64,000 bases of DNA, from the NCBI GenBank assembly GCA_964016885.1, contig OZ024744.1, positions 15,438,001 through 15,502,000 of the forward strand, in the 5' to 3' direction. Below the pieces are notes generated by a model. The model made no database searches and was not told where the DNA came from. It was given only the letters and a program-made list of their open reading frames with translations. Position numbers and translations under genes: made by a program. This DNA comes from Eledone cirrhosa. Lineage: Eukaryota. This document shows positions 28,331 through 44,692 of this stretch, piece after piece. Position 1 is the first letter of the stretch, and every line of letters begins with the position of its first letter.

Positions 28331-31300
28331 TCTCTCACATACACACTCTCCCATAAAAGTCCACCCATTCCAACAAGTAATGGCAAATGTCCAAAACTCT
28401 CTCACATATACACTCTCTCTCTCTCTCTCTCACATACACACTCTCCCACAAAAGTCCACCCATTCCCACAAGTAATGGCAAATGTCTAAAACTCTCTCAC
28501 ATATACACTCTCTCTCTCTCACATACACTCTCCCACAAAGGTCCACCCATTCCCACTAGTAATGGCAAATGTCCAAAATTCTCTCACATATACACTCTCT
28601 CTCACATACACACTCTCCCACAAAAGTCCACCCATTCCCACAAGTAATGGCAAATGTCCAAAACTCTCTCACATATACACTCTCTCTCTCTCACATACAC
28701 ACTCTCCCACAAAAGTCCACCCATTCCCACAAGTAATGGCAAATGTCCAAAACTCTCTCACATATACACTCTCTCTCTCTCTCACATACACACTCTCCCA
28801 CAAAAGTCCACCCATTCCCACAAGTAATGGCAAATGTCCAAAACTCTCTCACATACACACTCTCCCACAAAAGTCCACCCATTCCCACAAGTAGTGGCAA
28901 ATGTCCAAAACTCTCTCACATATACACTCTCTCACATACACACTCTCCCACAAAAGTCCACCCATTCCCACAAGTAATGGCAAATGTCCAAAACTCTCTC
29001 ACATATACACTCTCTCTCTCTCTCACATACACACTCTCCCACAAAAGTCCACCCATTCCCACAAGTAATGGCAAATGTCCAAAACTCTCTCACATATACA
29101 CTCTCTCTCTCTCACATACACACTCTCCCACAAAAGTCCACCCATTCCCACAAGTAATGGCAAATGTCCAAAACTCTCTCACATATACACTCTCTCTCTC
29201 TCTCTCACATACACACTCTCCCACAAAAGTCCACCCATTCCCACAAGTAATGGCAAGTGTCCAAAACTCTCTCACATATACACTCTCTCTCTCTCTCACA
29301 TACACACTCTCCCACAAAAGTCCACCCATTCCCACAAGTAATGGCAAATATCCAAAACTCTCTCACATATACACTCTCTCTCTCTCACATACACACTCTC
29401 CCACAAAAGTCCACCCATTCCCACAAGTAATGACAAATGTCCAAAACTCTCTCACATATACACTCTCTCTCTCTCACATACACACTCTCCCACAAAAGTC
29501 CACCCATTCCCACAAGTAATGGCAAATGTCCAAAACTCTCTCACATATACACTCTCTCTCTCTCGAATACACACTCTCCCACAAAAGTCCACCCATTCCC
29601 ACAAGTAATGGCAAATGTCCAATACTCTCTCACATATACACTCTCTCTCTCTCTCACATACACACTCTCCCACAAAAGTCCACCCATTCCCACTAGTAAT
29701 GGCAAATGTCCAAAACTCTCTCACATACACACTCTCCCACAAAAGTCCACCCATTCCCACAAGTAATGGCAAATATCCAAAACTCTCTCACATATACACT
29801 CTCTCTCTCTCACATACACACTCTCCCACAAAAGTCCACCCATTCCCACAAGTAATGACAAATGTCCAAAACTCTCTCACATATACACTCTCTCTCTCTC
29901 ACATACACACTCTCCCACAAAAGTCCACCCATTCCCACAAGTAATGGCAAATGTCCAATACTCTCTCACATATACACACTCTCTCTCTCACATACACACT
30001 CTCCCACAAAAGTCCACCCATTCCCACAAGTAATGGCAAATGTCCAAAACTTTCTCACATATACACTCTCTCTCTCTCACATACACACTCTCCCACAAAA
30101 GTCCACCCATTCTCACAAGTAATGGCAAATGTCTAAAACTCTCTCACATATACACTCTCTCTCTCTCTCACATACACACTCTCCCACAAAAGTCCACCCA
30201 TTCCCACAAGTAATGGCAAATGTCCAAAACTCTCTCACATATACACTCTCTCTCTCTCTCACATACACACTCTCCCACAAAAGTCCACGCATTCCCACAA
30301 GTAATGGCAAATGTCCAAAACTCTCTCACATATACACTCTCTCTCTCTCACATACACACTCTCCCACAAAAGTCCACCCATTCCAACAAGTAATGGCAAA
30401 TGTCCAAAACTCTCTCACATATACACTCTCTCTCTCTCTCTCTCTCTCTCACACATACACACTCTCCCACAAAAGTCCACCCATTCCCACAAGTAATGGC
30501 AAATGTCCAAAACTCTCTCACATATACACTCTCTCTCTCTCACATACACACTCTCCCACAAAAGTCCACCCATTCCCACAATTAATGGCAAATGTCCAAA
30601 ACTCTCTCACATATACACTCTCTCTCCCTCTCACATACACACTCTCCCACAAAAGTCCACCCATTCCCACAAGTAATGGCAAATGTCCAAAACTCTCTCA
30701 CATATACACTCTCTCTCTCTCTCACATACACACTCTCCCACAAAAGTCCACCCATTCCCACAAGTAATGGCAAATGTCCAAAACTCTCTCACATACACAC
30801 TCTCCCACAAAAGTCCACCTATTCCCACAAGTAATGGCAAATGTCCAAAACTCTCTCACATATACACTCTCTCTCTCTCACATACACACTCTCCCACAAA
30901 AGTCCACCCATTCCCACTAGTAATGGCAAATGTCCAAAACTCTCTCACATATACACTCTCTCTCTCTCTCACATACACACTCTCCCACAAAAGTCCACCC
31001 ATTCCCACAAGTAATGGCAAATGTCCAAAACTCTCTCACATACACACTCTCCCACAAAAGTCCACCCATTCCCACAAGTAGTGGCAAATGTCCAAAACTC
31101 TCTCACATCTACACTCTCTCTCTCTCACATACACACTCTCCCACAAAAGTCCACCCATTCTCACAAGTAATGGCAAATGTCCAAAACTCTCTCACATATA
31201 CACTCTCTCTCTCTCTCACATACACACTCTCCCACAAAAGTCCACCCATTCCCACAAGTAATGGCAAATGTCCAAAACTCTCTCACATATACACTCTCTC

Positions 31301-32428
31301 TCTCTCTCACATACACACTCTCCCACAAAAGTCCACCCATTCCCACAAGTAATGGCAAATGTCCAAAACTCTCTCACATGTACACTCTCTCTCTCTCACA
31401 TACACACTCTCCCATAAAAGTCCACCCATTCCAACAAGTAATGGCAAATGTCCAAAACTCTCTCACATATACACTCTCTCTCTCTCTTTCTCACATACAC
31501 ACTCTCCCACAAAAGTCCACCCATTCCCACAAGTAATGGCAAATGTCTAAAACTCTCTCACATATACACTCTCTCTCTCTCACATACACTCTCCCACAAA
31601 GGTCCACCCATTCCCACTAGTAATGGCAAATGTCCAAAATTCTCTCACATATACACTCTCTCTCACATACACACTCTCCCACAAAAGTCCACCCATTCCC
31701 ACAAGTAATGGCAAATGTCCAAAACTCTCTCACATATACACTCTCTCTCTCTCACATACACACTCTCCCACAAAAGTCCACCCATTCCCACAAGTAATGG
31801 CAAATGTCCAAAACTCTCTCACATATACACTCTCTCTCTCTCTCACATACACACTCTCCCACAAAAGTCCACCCATTCCCACAAGTAATGGCAAATGTCC
31901 AAAACTCTCTCACATACACACTCTCCCACAAAAGTCCACCCATTCCCACAAGTAGTGGAAAATGTCCCAAACTCTCTCACATATACACTCTCTCACATAC
32001 ACACTCTCCCACAAAAGTCCACCCATTCCCACAAGTAATGGCAAATGTCCAAAACTCTCTCACATATACACTCTCTCTCTCTCTCACATACACACTCTCC
32101 CACAAAAGTCCACCCATTCCCACAAGTAATGGCAAATGTCCAAAACTCTCTCACATATACACTCTCTCTCTCTCACATACACACTCTCCCACAAAAGTCC
32201 ACCCATTCCCACAAGTAATGGCAAATGTCCAAAACTCTCTCACATATACACTCTCTCTCTCTCTCACATACACACTCTCCCACAAAAGTCCACGCATTCA
32301 CACAAGTAATGGCAAATGTCCAAAACTCTCTCACATATACACTCTCTCTCTCTCACATACACACTCTCCCACAAAAGTCCACCCATTCCAACAAGTAATG
32401 GCAAATGTCCAAAACTCTCTCACATATA

Positions 32429-32464
<36 letters not shown>

Positions 32465-34340
32465 TACACACTCTCCCACAAAAGTCCACCCATTCCCACA
32501 AGTAATGGCAAATGTCCAAAACTCTCTCACATATACACTCTCTCTCTCTCACATACACACTCTCCCACAAAAGTCCACCCATTCCCACAATTAATGGCAA
32601 ATGTCCAAAACTCTCTCACATATACACTCTCTCTCCCTCTCACATACACACTCTCCCACAAAAGTCCACCCATTCCCACAAGTAATGGCAAATGTCCAAA
32701 ACTCTCTCACATATACACTCTCTCTCTCTCTCACATACACACTCTCCCACAAAAGTCCACCCATTCCCACAAGTAATGGCAAATGTCCAAAACTCTCTCA
32801 CATACACACTCTCCCACAAAAGTCCACCTATTCCCACAAGTAATGGCAAATGTCCAAAACTCTCTCACATATACACTCTCTCTCTCTCACATACACACTC
32901 TCCCACAAAAGTCCACCCATTCCCACTAGTAATGGCAAATGTCCAAAACTCTCTCACATATACACTCTCTCTCTCTCTCACATACACACTCTCCCACAAA
33001 AGTCCACCCATTCCCACAAGTAATGGCAAATGTCCAAAACTCTCTCACATACACACTCTCCCACAAAAGTCCACCCATTCCCACAAGTAGTGGCAAATGT
33101 CCAAAACTCTCTCACATCTACACTCTCTCTCTCTCACATACACACTCTCCCACAAAAGTCCACCCATTCTCACAAGTAATGGCAAATGTCCAAAACTCTC
33201 TCACATATACACTCTCTCTCTCTCTCACATACACACTCTCCCACAAAAGTCCACCCATTCCCACAAGTAATGGCAAATGTCCAAAACTCTCTCACATATA
33301 CACTCTCTCTCTCTCTCACATACACACTCTCCCACAAAAGTCCACCCATTCCCACAAGTAATGGCAAATGTCCAAAACTCTCTCACATATACACTCTCTC
33401 TCTCTCACATACACACTCTCCCATAAAAGTCCACCCATTCCAACAAGTAATGGCAAATGTCCAAAACTCTCTCACATATACACTCTCTCTCTCTCTCTCT
33501 CACATACACACTCTCCCACAAAAGTCCACCCATTCCCACAAGTAATGGCAAATGTCTAAAACTCTCTCACATATACACTCTCTCTCTCTCACATACACTC
33601 TCCCACAAAGGTCCACCCATTCCCACTAGTAATGGCAAATGTCCAAAATTCTCTCACATATACACTCTCTCTCACATACACACTCTCCCACAAAAGTCCA
33701 CCCATTCCCACAAGTAATGGCAAATGTCCAAAACTCTCTCACATATACACTCTCTCTCTCTCACATACACACTCTCCCACAAAAGTCCACCCATTCCCAC
33801 AAGTAATGGCAAATGTCCAAAACTCTCTCACATATACACTCTCTCTCTCTCTCACATACACACTCTCCCACAAAAGTCCACCCATTCCCACAAGTAATGG
33901 CAAATGTCCAAAAGTCTCTCACATACACACTCTCCCACAAAAGTCCACCCATTCCCACAAGTAGTGGCAAATGTCCAAAACTCTCTCACATATACACTCT
34001 CTCACATACACACTCTCCCACAAAAGTCCACCCATTCCCACAAGTAATGGCAAATGTCCAAAACTCTCTCACATATACACTCTCTCTCTCTCTCACATAC
34101 ACACTCTCCCACAAAAGTCCACCCATTCCCACAAGTAATGGCAAATGTCCAAAACTCTCTCACATATACACTCTCTCTCTCTCACATACACACTCTCCCA
34201 CAAAAGTCCACCCATTCCCACAAGTAATGGCAAATGTCCAAAACTCTCTCACATATACACTCTCTCTCTCTCTCTCACATACACACTCTCCCACAAAAGT
34301 CCACCCATTCCCACAAGTAATGGCAAGTGTCCAAAACTCT
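25610..34340 (+). repeat. Duplicated block at 5070-bp offset (~25610-29270 vs ~30680-34340)
   Basis: ORFs at 25613/30683, 26107/31177, 26734/31804, 28116/33186 and 28743/33813. A third copy of the TGTACA variant lies at 31379. Confidence 0.88.
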
Positions 34341-34884
34341 CTCACATATACACTCTCTCTCTCTCACATACACACTCTCCCACAAAAGTCCACCCATTCC
34401 CACAAGTAATGGCAAATATCCAAAACTCTCTCACATATACACTCTCTCTCTCTCACATACACACTCTCCCACAAAAGTCCACCCATTCCCACAAGTAATG
34501 ACAAATGTCCAAAACTCTCTCACATATACACTCTCTCTCTCTCACATACACACTCTCCCACAAAAGTCCACCCATTCCCACAAGTAATGGCAAATGTCCA
34601 AAACTCTCTCACATATACACTCTCTCTCTCTCACATACACACTCTCCCACAAAAGTCCACCCATTCCCACAAGTAATGGCAAATGTCCAATACTCTCTCA
34701 CATATACACACTCTCTCTCTCACATACACACTCTCCCACAAAAGTCCACCCATTCCCACAAGTAATGGCAAATGTCCAAAACTCTCACACATATACACTC
34801 TCTCTCTCTCACATACACACTCTCCCACAAAAGTCCACCCATTCCAACAAGTAATGGCAAATGTCCAAAACTCTCTCACATATG

Positions 34885-34922
<38 letters not shown>

Positions 34923-35589
34923 TACACACTCTCCCACAAAAGTCCACCCATTCCCACAAGTAATGGCAAATATCCAAAACTCTCTCACATATACACTCTC
35001 TCTCTCTCACATACACACTCTCCCACAAAAGTCCACCCATTCCCACAAGTAATGACAAATGTCCAAAACTCTCTCACATATACACTCTCTCTCTCTCACA
35101 TACACACTCTCCCACAAAAGTCCACCCATTCCCACAAGTAATGGCAAATGTCCAAAACTCTCTCACATATACACTCTCTCTCTCTCACATACACACTCTC
35201 CCACAAAAGTCCACCCATTCCCACAAGTAATGGCAAATGTCCAATACTCTCTCACATATACACACTCTCTCTCTCACATACACACTCTCACACAAAAGTC
35301 CACCCATTCCCACAAGTAATGGCAAATGTCCAAAACTCTCTCACATATACACACTCTCTCTCTCTCACATACACACTCTCCCACAAAAGTCCACCCATTC
35401 CCACAAGTAATGGCAAATGTCCAAAACTCTCTCACATACACACTCTCCCACAAAAGTCCACCTATTCCCACAAGTAATGGCAAATGTCCAAAACTCTCTC
35501 ACATATACACTCTCTCTCTCTCACATACACACTCTCCCACAAAAGTCCACCCATTCCCACTAGTAATGGCAAATGTCCAAAACTCTCTC

Positions 35590-37523
35590 ACATATACACT
35601 CTCTCTCTCTCTCACATAACACTCTCCCACAAAAGTCCACCCATTCCCACAAGTAATGGCAAATGTCCAAAACTCTCTCACATACACACTCTCCCACAAA
35701 AGTCCACCCATTCCCACAAGTAGTGGCAAATGTCCAAAACTCTCTCACATCTACACTCTCTCTCTCTCACATACACACTCTCCCACAAAAGTCCACCCAT
35801 TCTCACAAGTAATGGCAAATGTCCAAAACTCTCTCACATATACACTCTCTCTCTCTCTCACATACACACTCTCCCACAAAGGTCCACCCATTCCCACAAG
35901 TAATGGCAAATGTCCAAAACTCTCTCACATATACACTCTCTCTCTCTCTCACATACACACTCTCCCACAAAAGTCCACCCATTCCCACAAGTAATGGCAA
36001 ATGTCCAAAACTCTCTCACATATACACTCTCTCTCTCTCACATACACACTCTCCCACAAAAGTCCACCCATTCCAACAAGTAATGGCAAATGTCCAAAAC
36101 TCTCTCACATATACACTCTCTCTCTCTCTCTCTCTCTCACATACACACTCTCCCACAAAAGTCCACCCATTCCCACAAGTAATGGTAAATGTCTAAAACT
36201 CTCTCACATATACACTCTCTCTCTCTCACATACACTCTCCCACAAAGGTCCACCCATTCCCACTAGTAATGGCAAATGTCCAAAATTCTCTCACATATAC
36301 ACTCTCTCTCACATACACACTCTCCCACAAAAGTCCACCCATTCCCACAAGTAATGGCAAATGTCCAAAACTCTCTCACATATACACTCTCTCTCTCTCA
36401 CATACACACTCTCCCACAAAAGTCCACCCATTCCCACAAGTAATGGCAAATGTCCAAAACTCTCTCACATATACACTCTCTCTCTCTCTCACATACACAC
36501 TCTCCCACAAAAGTCCACCCATTCCCACAAGTAATGGCAAATGTCCAAAACTCTCTCACATACACACTCTCCCACAAAAGTCCACCCATTCCCACAAGTA
36601 GTGGCAAATGTCCAAAACTCTCTCACATATACACTCTCTCACATACACACTCTCCCACAAAAGTCCACCCATTCCCACAAGTAATGGCAAATGTCCAAAA
36701 CTCTCTCACATATACACTCTCTCTCTCTCTCACATACACACTCTCCCACAAAAGTCCACCCATTCCCACAAGTAATGGCAAATGTCCAAAACTCTCTCAC
36801 ATATACACTCTCTCTCTCTCACATACACACTCTCCCACAAAAGTCCACCCATTCCCACAAGTAATGGCAAATGTCCAAAACTCTCTCACATATACACTCT
36901 CTCTCTCTCTCTCACATACACACTCTCCCACAAAAGTCCACCCATTCCCACAAGTAATGGCAAGTGTCCAAAACTCTCTCACATATACACTCTCGCTCTC
37001 TCACATACACACTCTCCCACAAAAGTCCACCCATTCCCACAAGTAATGGCAAATATCCAAAACTCTCTCACATATACACTCTCTCTCTCTCACATACACA
37101 CTCTCCCACAAAAGTCCACCCATTCCCACAAGTAATGACAAATGTCCAAAACTCTCTCACATATACACTCTCTCTCTCTCACATACACACTCTCCCACAA
37201 AAGTCCACCCATTCCCACAAGTAATGGCAAATGTCCAAAACTCCCTCACATATACACTCTCTCTCTCTCACATACACACTCCCCCACAAAAGTCCACCCA
37301 TTCCCACAAGTAATGGCAAATGTCCAATACTCTCTCACATATACACACTCTCTCTCTCACATACACACTCTCCCACAAAAGTCCACCCATTCCCACAAGT
37401 AATGGCAAATGTCCAAAACTCTCTCACATATACACTCTCTCTCTCTCACATACACACTCTCCCACAAAAGTCCACCCATTCCAACAAGTAATGGCAAATG
37501 TCCAAAACTCTCTCACATATGCA

Positions 37524-37564
<41 letters not shown>

Positions 37565-38781
37565 ACACATACACACTCTCCCACAAAAGTCCACCCATTC
37601 CCACAAGTAATGGCAAATGTCCAATACTCTCTCACATATACACACTCTCTCTCTCACATACACACTCTCCCACAAAAGTCCACCCATTCCCACAAGTAAT
37701 GGCAAATGTCCAAAACTCTCTCACATATACACTCTCTCTCTCTCACATACACACTCTCCCTCAAAAGTCCACCCATTCCCACAATTAATGGCAAATGTCC
37801 AAATCTCTCTCACATATACACTCTCTCTCCCTCTCACATACACACTCTCCCACAAAAGTCCACCCATTCCCACAAGTAATGGCAAATGTCCAAAACTCTC
37901 TCACATATACACTCTCTCTCTCTCTCACATACACACTCTCCCACAAAAGTCCACCCATTCCCACAAGTAATGGCAAATGTCCAAAACTCTCTCACATATA
38001 CACTCTCTCTCTCTCACATACACACTCTCCCACAAAAGTCCACCCATTCCCACTAGTAATGGCAAATGTCCAAAACTCTCTCACATATACACTCTCTCTC
38101 TCTCTCACATACACACTCTCCCACAAAAGTCCACCCATTCCCACTAGTAATGGCAAATGTCCAAAACTCTCTCACATACACACTCTCCCACAAAAGTCCA
38201 CCCATTCCCACAAGTAATGGCAAGTGTCCAAAACTCTCTCACATATACACTCTCTCTCTCTCACATACACACTCTCCCACAAAAGTCCACCCATTCCCAC
38301 AAGTAATGGCAAATATCCAAAACTCTCTCACATATACACTCTCTCTCTCTCACATACACACTCTCCCACAAAAGTCCACCCATTCCCACAAGTAATGACA
38401 AATGTCCAAAACTCTCTCACATATACACTCTCTCTCTCTCACATACACACTCTCCCACAAAAGTCCACCCATTCCCACAAGTAATGGCAAATGTCCAAAA
38501 CTCCCTCACATATACACTCTCTCTCTCTCACATACACACTCTCCCACAAAAGTCCACCCATTCCCACAAGTAATGGCAAATGTCCAATACTCTCTCACAT
38601 ATACACACTCTCTCTCTCTCACATACACACTCTCCCACAAAAGTCCACCCATTCCCACAAGTAATGGCAAATGTCCAAAACTCTCTCACATATACACTCT
38701 CTCTCTCTCACATACACACTCTCCCACAAAAGTCCACCCATTCCAACAAGTAATGGCAAATGTCCAAAACTCTCACATATG

Positions 38782-38821
<40 letters not shown>

Positions 38822-41517
38822 TACACACTCTCCCACAAAAGTCCACCCATTCCCACAAGTAATGGCAAATGTCCAATACTCTCTCACATATACACACTCT
38901 CTCTCTCACATACACACTCTCCCACAAAAGTCCACCCATTCCCACAAGTAATGGCAAATGTCCAAAACTCTCTCACATATACACTCTCTCTCTCTCACAT
39001 ACACACTCTCCCACAAAAGTCCACCCATTCCCACAATTAATGGCAAATGTCCAAAACTCTCTCACATATACACTCTCTCTCCCTCTCACATACACACTCT
39101 CCCACAAAAGTCCACCCATTCCCACAAGTAATGGCAAATGTCCAAAACTCTCTCACATATACACTCTCTCTCTCTCTCACATACACACTCTCCCACAAAA
39201 GTCCACCCATTCCCACAAGTAATGGCAAATGTCCAAAACTCTCTCACATATACACTCTCTCTCTCTCACATACACACTCTCCCACAAAAGTCCACCCATT
39301 CCCACTAGTAATGGCAAATGTCCAAAACTCTCTCACATATACACTCTCTCTCTCTCTCACATACACACTCTCCCACAAAAGTCCACCCATTCCCACTAGT
39401 AATGGCAAATGTCCAAAACTCTCTCACATACACACTCTCCCACAAAAGTCCACCCATTCCCACAAGTAATGGCAAATATCCAAAACTCTCTCACATATAC
39501 ACTCTCTCTCTCTCACATACACACTCTCCCACAAAAGTCCACCCATTCCCACAAGTAATGACAAATGTCCAAAACTCTCTCACATATACACTCTCTCTCT
39601 CTCTCACATAACACTCTCCCACAAAAGTCCACCCATTCCCACAAGTAATGGCAAATGTCCAAAACTCTCTCACATACACACTCTCCCACAAAAGTCCACC
39701 CATTCCCACAAGTAGTGGCAAATGTCCAAAACTCTCTCACATCTACACTCTCTCTCTCTCACATACACACTCTCCCACAAAAGTCCACCCATTCTCACAA
39801 GTAATGGCAAATGTCCAAAACTCTCTCACATATACACTCTCTCTCTCTCTCACATACACACTCTCCCACAAAAGTCCACCCATTCCCACAAGTAATGGCA
39901 AATGTCCAAAACTCTCTCACATATACACTCTCTCTCTCTCTCACATACACACTCTCCCACAAAAGTCCACCCATTCCCACAAGTAATGGCAAATGTCCAA
40001 AACTCTCTCACATATACACTCTCTCTCTCTCACATACACACTCTCCCACAAAAGTCCACCCATTCCAACAAGTAATGGCAAATGTCCAAAACTCTCTCAC
40101 ATATACACTCTCTCTCTCTCTCTCTCTCTCACATACACACTCTCCCACAAAAGTCCACCCATTCCCACAAGTAATGGTAAATGTCTAAAACTCTCTCACA
40201 TATACACTCTCTCTCTCTCACATACACTCTCCCACAAAGGTCCACCCATTCCCACTAGTAATGGCAAATGTCCAAAATTCTCTCACATATACACTCTCTC
40301 TCACATACACACTCTCCCACAAAAGTCCACCCATTCCCACAAGTAATGGCAAATGTCCAAAACTCTCTCACATATACACTCTCTCTCTCTCACATACACA
40401 CTCTCCCACAAAAGTCCACCCATTCCCACAAGTAATGGCAAATGTCCAAAACTCTCTCACATATACACTCTCTCTCTCTCTCTCACATACACACTCTCCC
40501 ACAAAAGTCCACCCATTCCCACAAGTAATGGCAAATGTCCAAAACTCTCTCACATACACACTCTCCCACAAAAGTCCACCCATTCCCACAAGTAGTGGCA
40601 AATGTCCAAAACTCTCTCACATATACACTCTCTCACATACACACTCTCCCACAAAAGTCCACCCATTCCCACAAGTAATGGCAAATGTCCAAAACTCTCT
40701 CACATATACACTCTCTCTCTCTCTCACATACACACTCTCCCACAAAAGTCCACCCATTCCCACAAGTAATGGCAAATGTCCAAAACTCTCTCACATATAC
40801 ACTCTCTCTCTCTCACATACACACTCTCCCACAAAAGTCCACCCATTCCCACAAGTAATGGCAAATGTCCAAAACTCTCTCACATATACACTCTCTCTCT
40901 CTCTCTCACATACACACTCTCCCACAAAAGTCCACCCATTCCCACAAGTAATGGCAAGTGTCCAAAACTCTCTCACATATACACTCTCGCTCTCTCACAT
41001 ACACACTCTCCCACAAAAGTCCACCCATTCCCACAAGTAATGGCAAATATCCAAAACTCTCTCACATATACACTCTCTCTCTCTCACATACACACTCTCC
41101 CACAAAAGTCCACCCATTCCCACAAGTAATGACAAATGTCCAAAACTCTCTCACATATACACTCTCTCTCTCTCACATACACACTCTCCCACAAAAGTCC
41201 ACCCATTCCCACAAGTAATGGCAAATGTCCAAAACTCCCTCACATATACACTCTCTCTCTCTCACATACACACTCCCCCACAAAAGTCCACCCATTCCCA
41301 CAAGTAATGGCAAATGTCCAATACTCTCTCACATATACACACTCTCTCTCTCACATACACACTCTCCCACAAAAGTCCACCCATTCCCACAAGTAATGGC
41401 AAATGTCCAAAACTCTCTCACATATACACTCTCTCTCTCTCACATACACACTCTCCCACAAAAGTCCACCCATTCCAACAAGTAATGGCAAATGTCCAAA
41501 ACTCTCTCACATATGCA

Positions 41518-41563
<46 letters not shown>

Positions 41564-42779
41564 CACATACACACTCTCCCACAAAAGTCCACCCATTCCC
41601 ACAAGTAATGGCAAATGTCCAATACTCTCTCACATATACACACTCTCTCTCTCACATACACACTCTCCCACAAAAGTCCACCCATTCCCACAAGTAATGG
41701 CAAATGTCCAAAACTCTCTCACATATACACTCTCTCTCTCTCACATACACACTCTCCCTCAAAAGTCCACCCATTCCCACAATTAATGGCAAATGTCCAA
41801 ATCTCTCTCACATATACACTCTCTCTCCCTCTCACATACACACTCTCCCACAAAAGTCCACCCATTCCCACAAGTAATGGCAAATGTCCAAAACTCTCTC
41901 ACATATACACTCTCTCTCTCTCTCACATACACACTCTCCCACAAAAGTCCACCCATTCCCACAAGTAATGGCAAATGTCCAAAACTCTCTCACATATACA
42001 CTCTCTCTCTCTCACATACACACTCTCCCACAAAAGTCCACCCATTCCCACTAGTAATGGCAAATGTCCAAAACTCTCTCACATATACACTCTCTCTCTC
42101 TCTCACATACACACTCTCCCACAAAAGTCCACCCATTCCCACTAGTAATGGCAAATGTCCAAAACTCTCTCACATACACACTCTCCCACAAAAGTCCACC
42201 CATTCCCACAAGTAATGGCAAGTGTCCAAAACTCTCTCACATATACACTCTCTCTCTCTCACATACACACTCTCCCACAAAAGTCCACCCATTCCCACAA
42301 GTAATGGCAAATATCCAAAACTCTCTCACATATACACTCTCTCTCTCTCACATACACACTCTCCCACAAAAGTCCACCCATTCCCACAAGTAATGACAAA
42401 TGTCCAAAACTCTCTCACATATACACTCTCTCTCTCTCACATACACACTCTCCCACAAAAGTCCACCCATTCCCACAAGTAATGGCAAATGTCCAAAACT
42501 CCCTCACATATACACTCTCTCTCTCTCACATACACACTCTCCCACAAAAGTCCACCCATTCCCACAAGTAATGGCAAATGTCCAATACTCTCTCACATAT
42601 ACACACTCTCTCTCTCTCACATACACACTCTCCCACAAAAGTCCACCCATTCCCACAAGTAATGGCAAATGTCCAAAACTCTCTCACATATACACTCTCT
42701 CTCTCTCACATACACACTCTCCCACAAAAGTCCACCCATTCCAACAAGTAATGGCAAATGTCCAAAACTCTCACATATG

Positions 42780-42821
<42 letters not shown>

Positions 42822-43600
42822 TACACACTCTCCCACAAAAGTCCACCCATTCCCACAAGTAATGGCAAATGTCCAATACTCTCTCACATATACACACTCT
42901 CTCTCTCACATACACACTCTCCCACAAAAGTCCACCCATTCCCACAAGTAATGGCAAATGTCCAAAACTCTCTCACATATACACTCTCTCTCTCTCACAT
43001 ACACACTCTCCCACAAAAGTCCACCCATTCCCACAATTAATGGCAAATGTCCAAAACTCTCTCACATATACACTCTCTCTCCCTCTCACATACACACTCT
43101 CCCACAAAAGTCCACCCATTCCCACAAGTAATGGCAAATGTCCAAAACTCTCTCACATATACACTCTCTCTCTCTCTCACATACACACTCTCCCACAAAA
43201 GTCCACCCATTCCCACAAGTAATGGCAAATGTCCAAAACTCTCTCACATATACACTCTCTCTCTCTCACATACACACTCTCCCACAAAAGTCCACCCATT
43301 CCCACTAGTAATGGCAAATGTCCAAAACTCTCTCACATATACACTCTCTCTCTCTCTCACATACACACTCTCCCACAAAAGTCCACCCATTCCCACTAGT
43401 AATGGCAAATGTCCAAAACTCTCTCACATACACACTCTCCCACAAAAGTCCACCCATTCCCACAAGTAATGGCAAATATCCAAAACTCTCTCACATATAC
43501 ACTCTCTCTCTCTCACATACACACTCTCCCACAAAAGTCCACCCATTCCCACAAGTAATGACAAATGTCCAAAACTCTCTCACATATACACTCTCTCTCT
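35590..43600 (+). repeat. Tandem duplication, ~4.0-kb period (3992-4000 bp), 2 copies
   Basis: ORFs at 35656/39648, 36782/40776, 37617/41615 and 39047/43047. Shared private variants: AATGGTAAAT, CTCGCTC, CACTCCCCCAC, CCCTCAAAAG, CCAAATCTC. Confidence 0.93.
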
Positions 43601-44634
43601 CTCACATACACACTCTCCCACAAAAGTCCACCCATTCCCACAAGTAATGGCAAATGTCCAAAACTCTCTCACATACACACTCTCCCACAAAAGTCCACCC
43701 ATTCCCACAAGTAGTGGCAAATGTCCAAAACTCTCTCACATATACACTCTCTCACATACACACTCTCCCACAAAAGTCCACCCATTCCCACAAGTAATGG
43801 CAAATGTCCAAAACTCTCTCACATATACACTCTCTCTCTCTCTCACATACACACTCTCCCACAAAAGTCCACCCATTCCCACAAGTAATGGCAAATGTCC
43901 AAAACTCTCTCACATATACACTCTCTCTCTCTCACATACACACTCTCCCACAAAAGTCCACCCATTCCCACAAGTAATGGCAAATGTCCAAAACTCTCTC
44001 ACATATACACTCTCTCTCTCTCTCTCACATACACACTCTCCCACAAAAGTCCACCCATTCCCACAAGTAATGGCAAGTGTCCAAAACTCTCTCACATATA
44101 CACTCTCTCTCTCTCACATACACACTCTCCCACAAAAGTCCACCCATTCCCACAAGTAATGGCAAATATCCAAAACTCTCTCACATATACACTCTCTCTC
44201 TCTCACATACACACTCTCCCACAAAAGTCCACCCATTCCCACAAGTAATGACAAATGTCCAAAACTCTCTCACATATACACTCTCTCTCTCTCACATACA
44301 CACTCTCCCACAAAAGTCCACCCATTCCCACAAGTAATGGCAAATGTCCAAAACTCCCTCACATATACACTCTCTCTCTCTCACATACACACTCTCCCAC
44401 AAAAGTCCACCCATTCCCACAAGTAATGGCAAATGTCCAATACTCTCTCACATATACACACTCTCTCTCTCACATACACACTCTCCCACAAAAGTCCACC
44501 CATTCCCACAAGTAATGGCAAATGTCCAAAGCTCTCTCACATATACACTCTCTCTCTCTCACATACACACTCTCCCACAAAAGTCCACCCATTCCAACAA
44601 GTAATGGCAAATGTCCAAAACTCTCTCACATATG

Positions 44635-44692
<58 letters not shown>

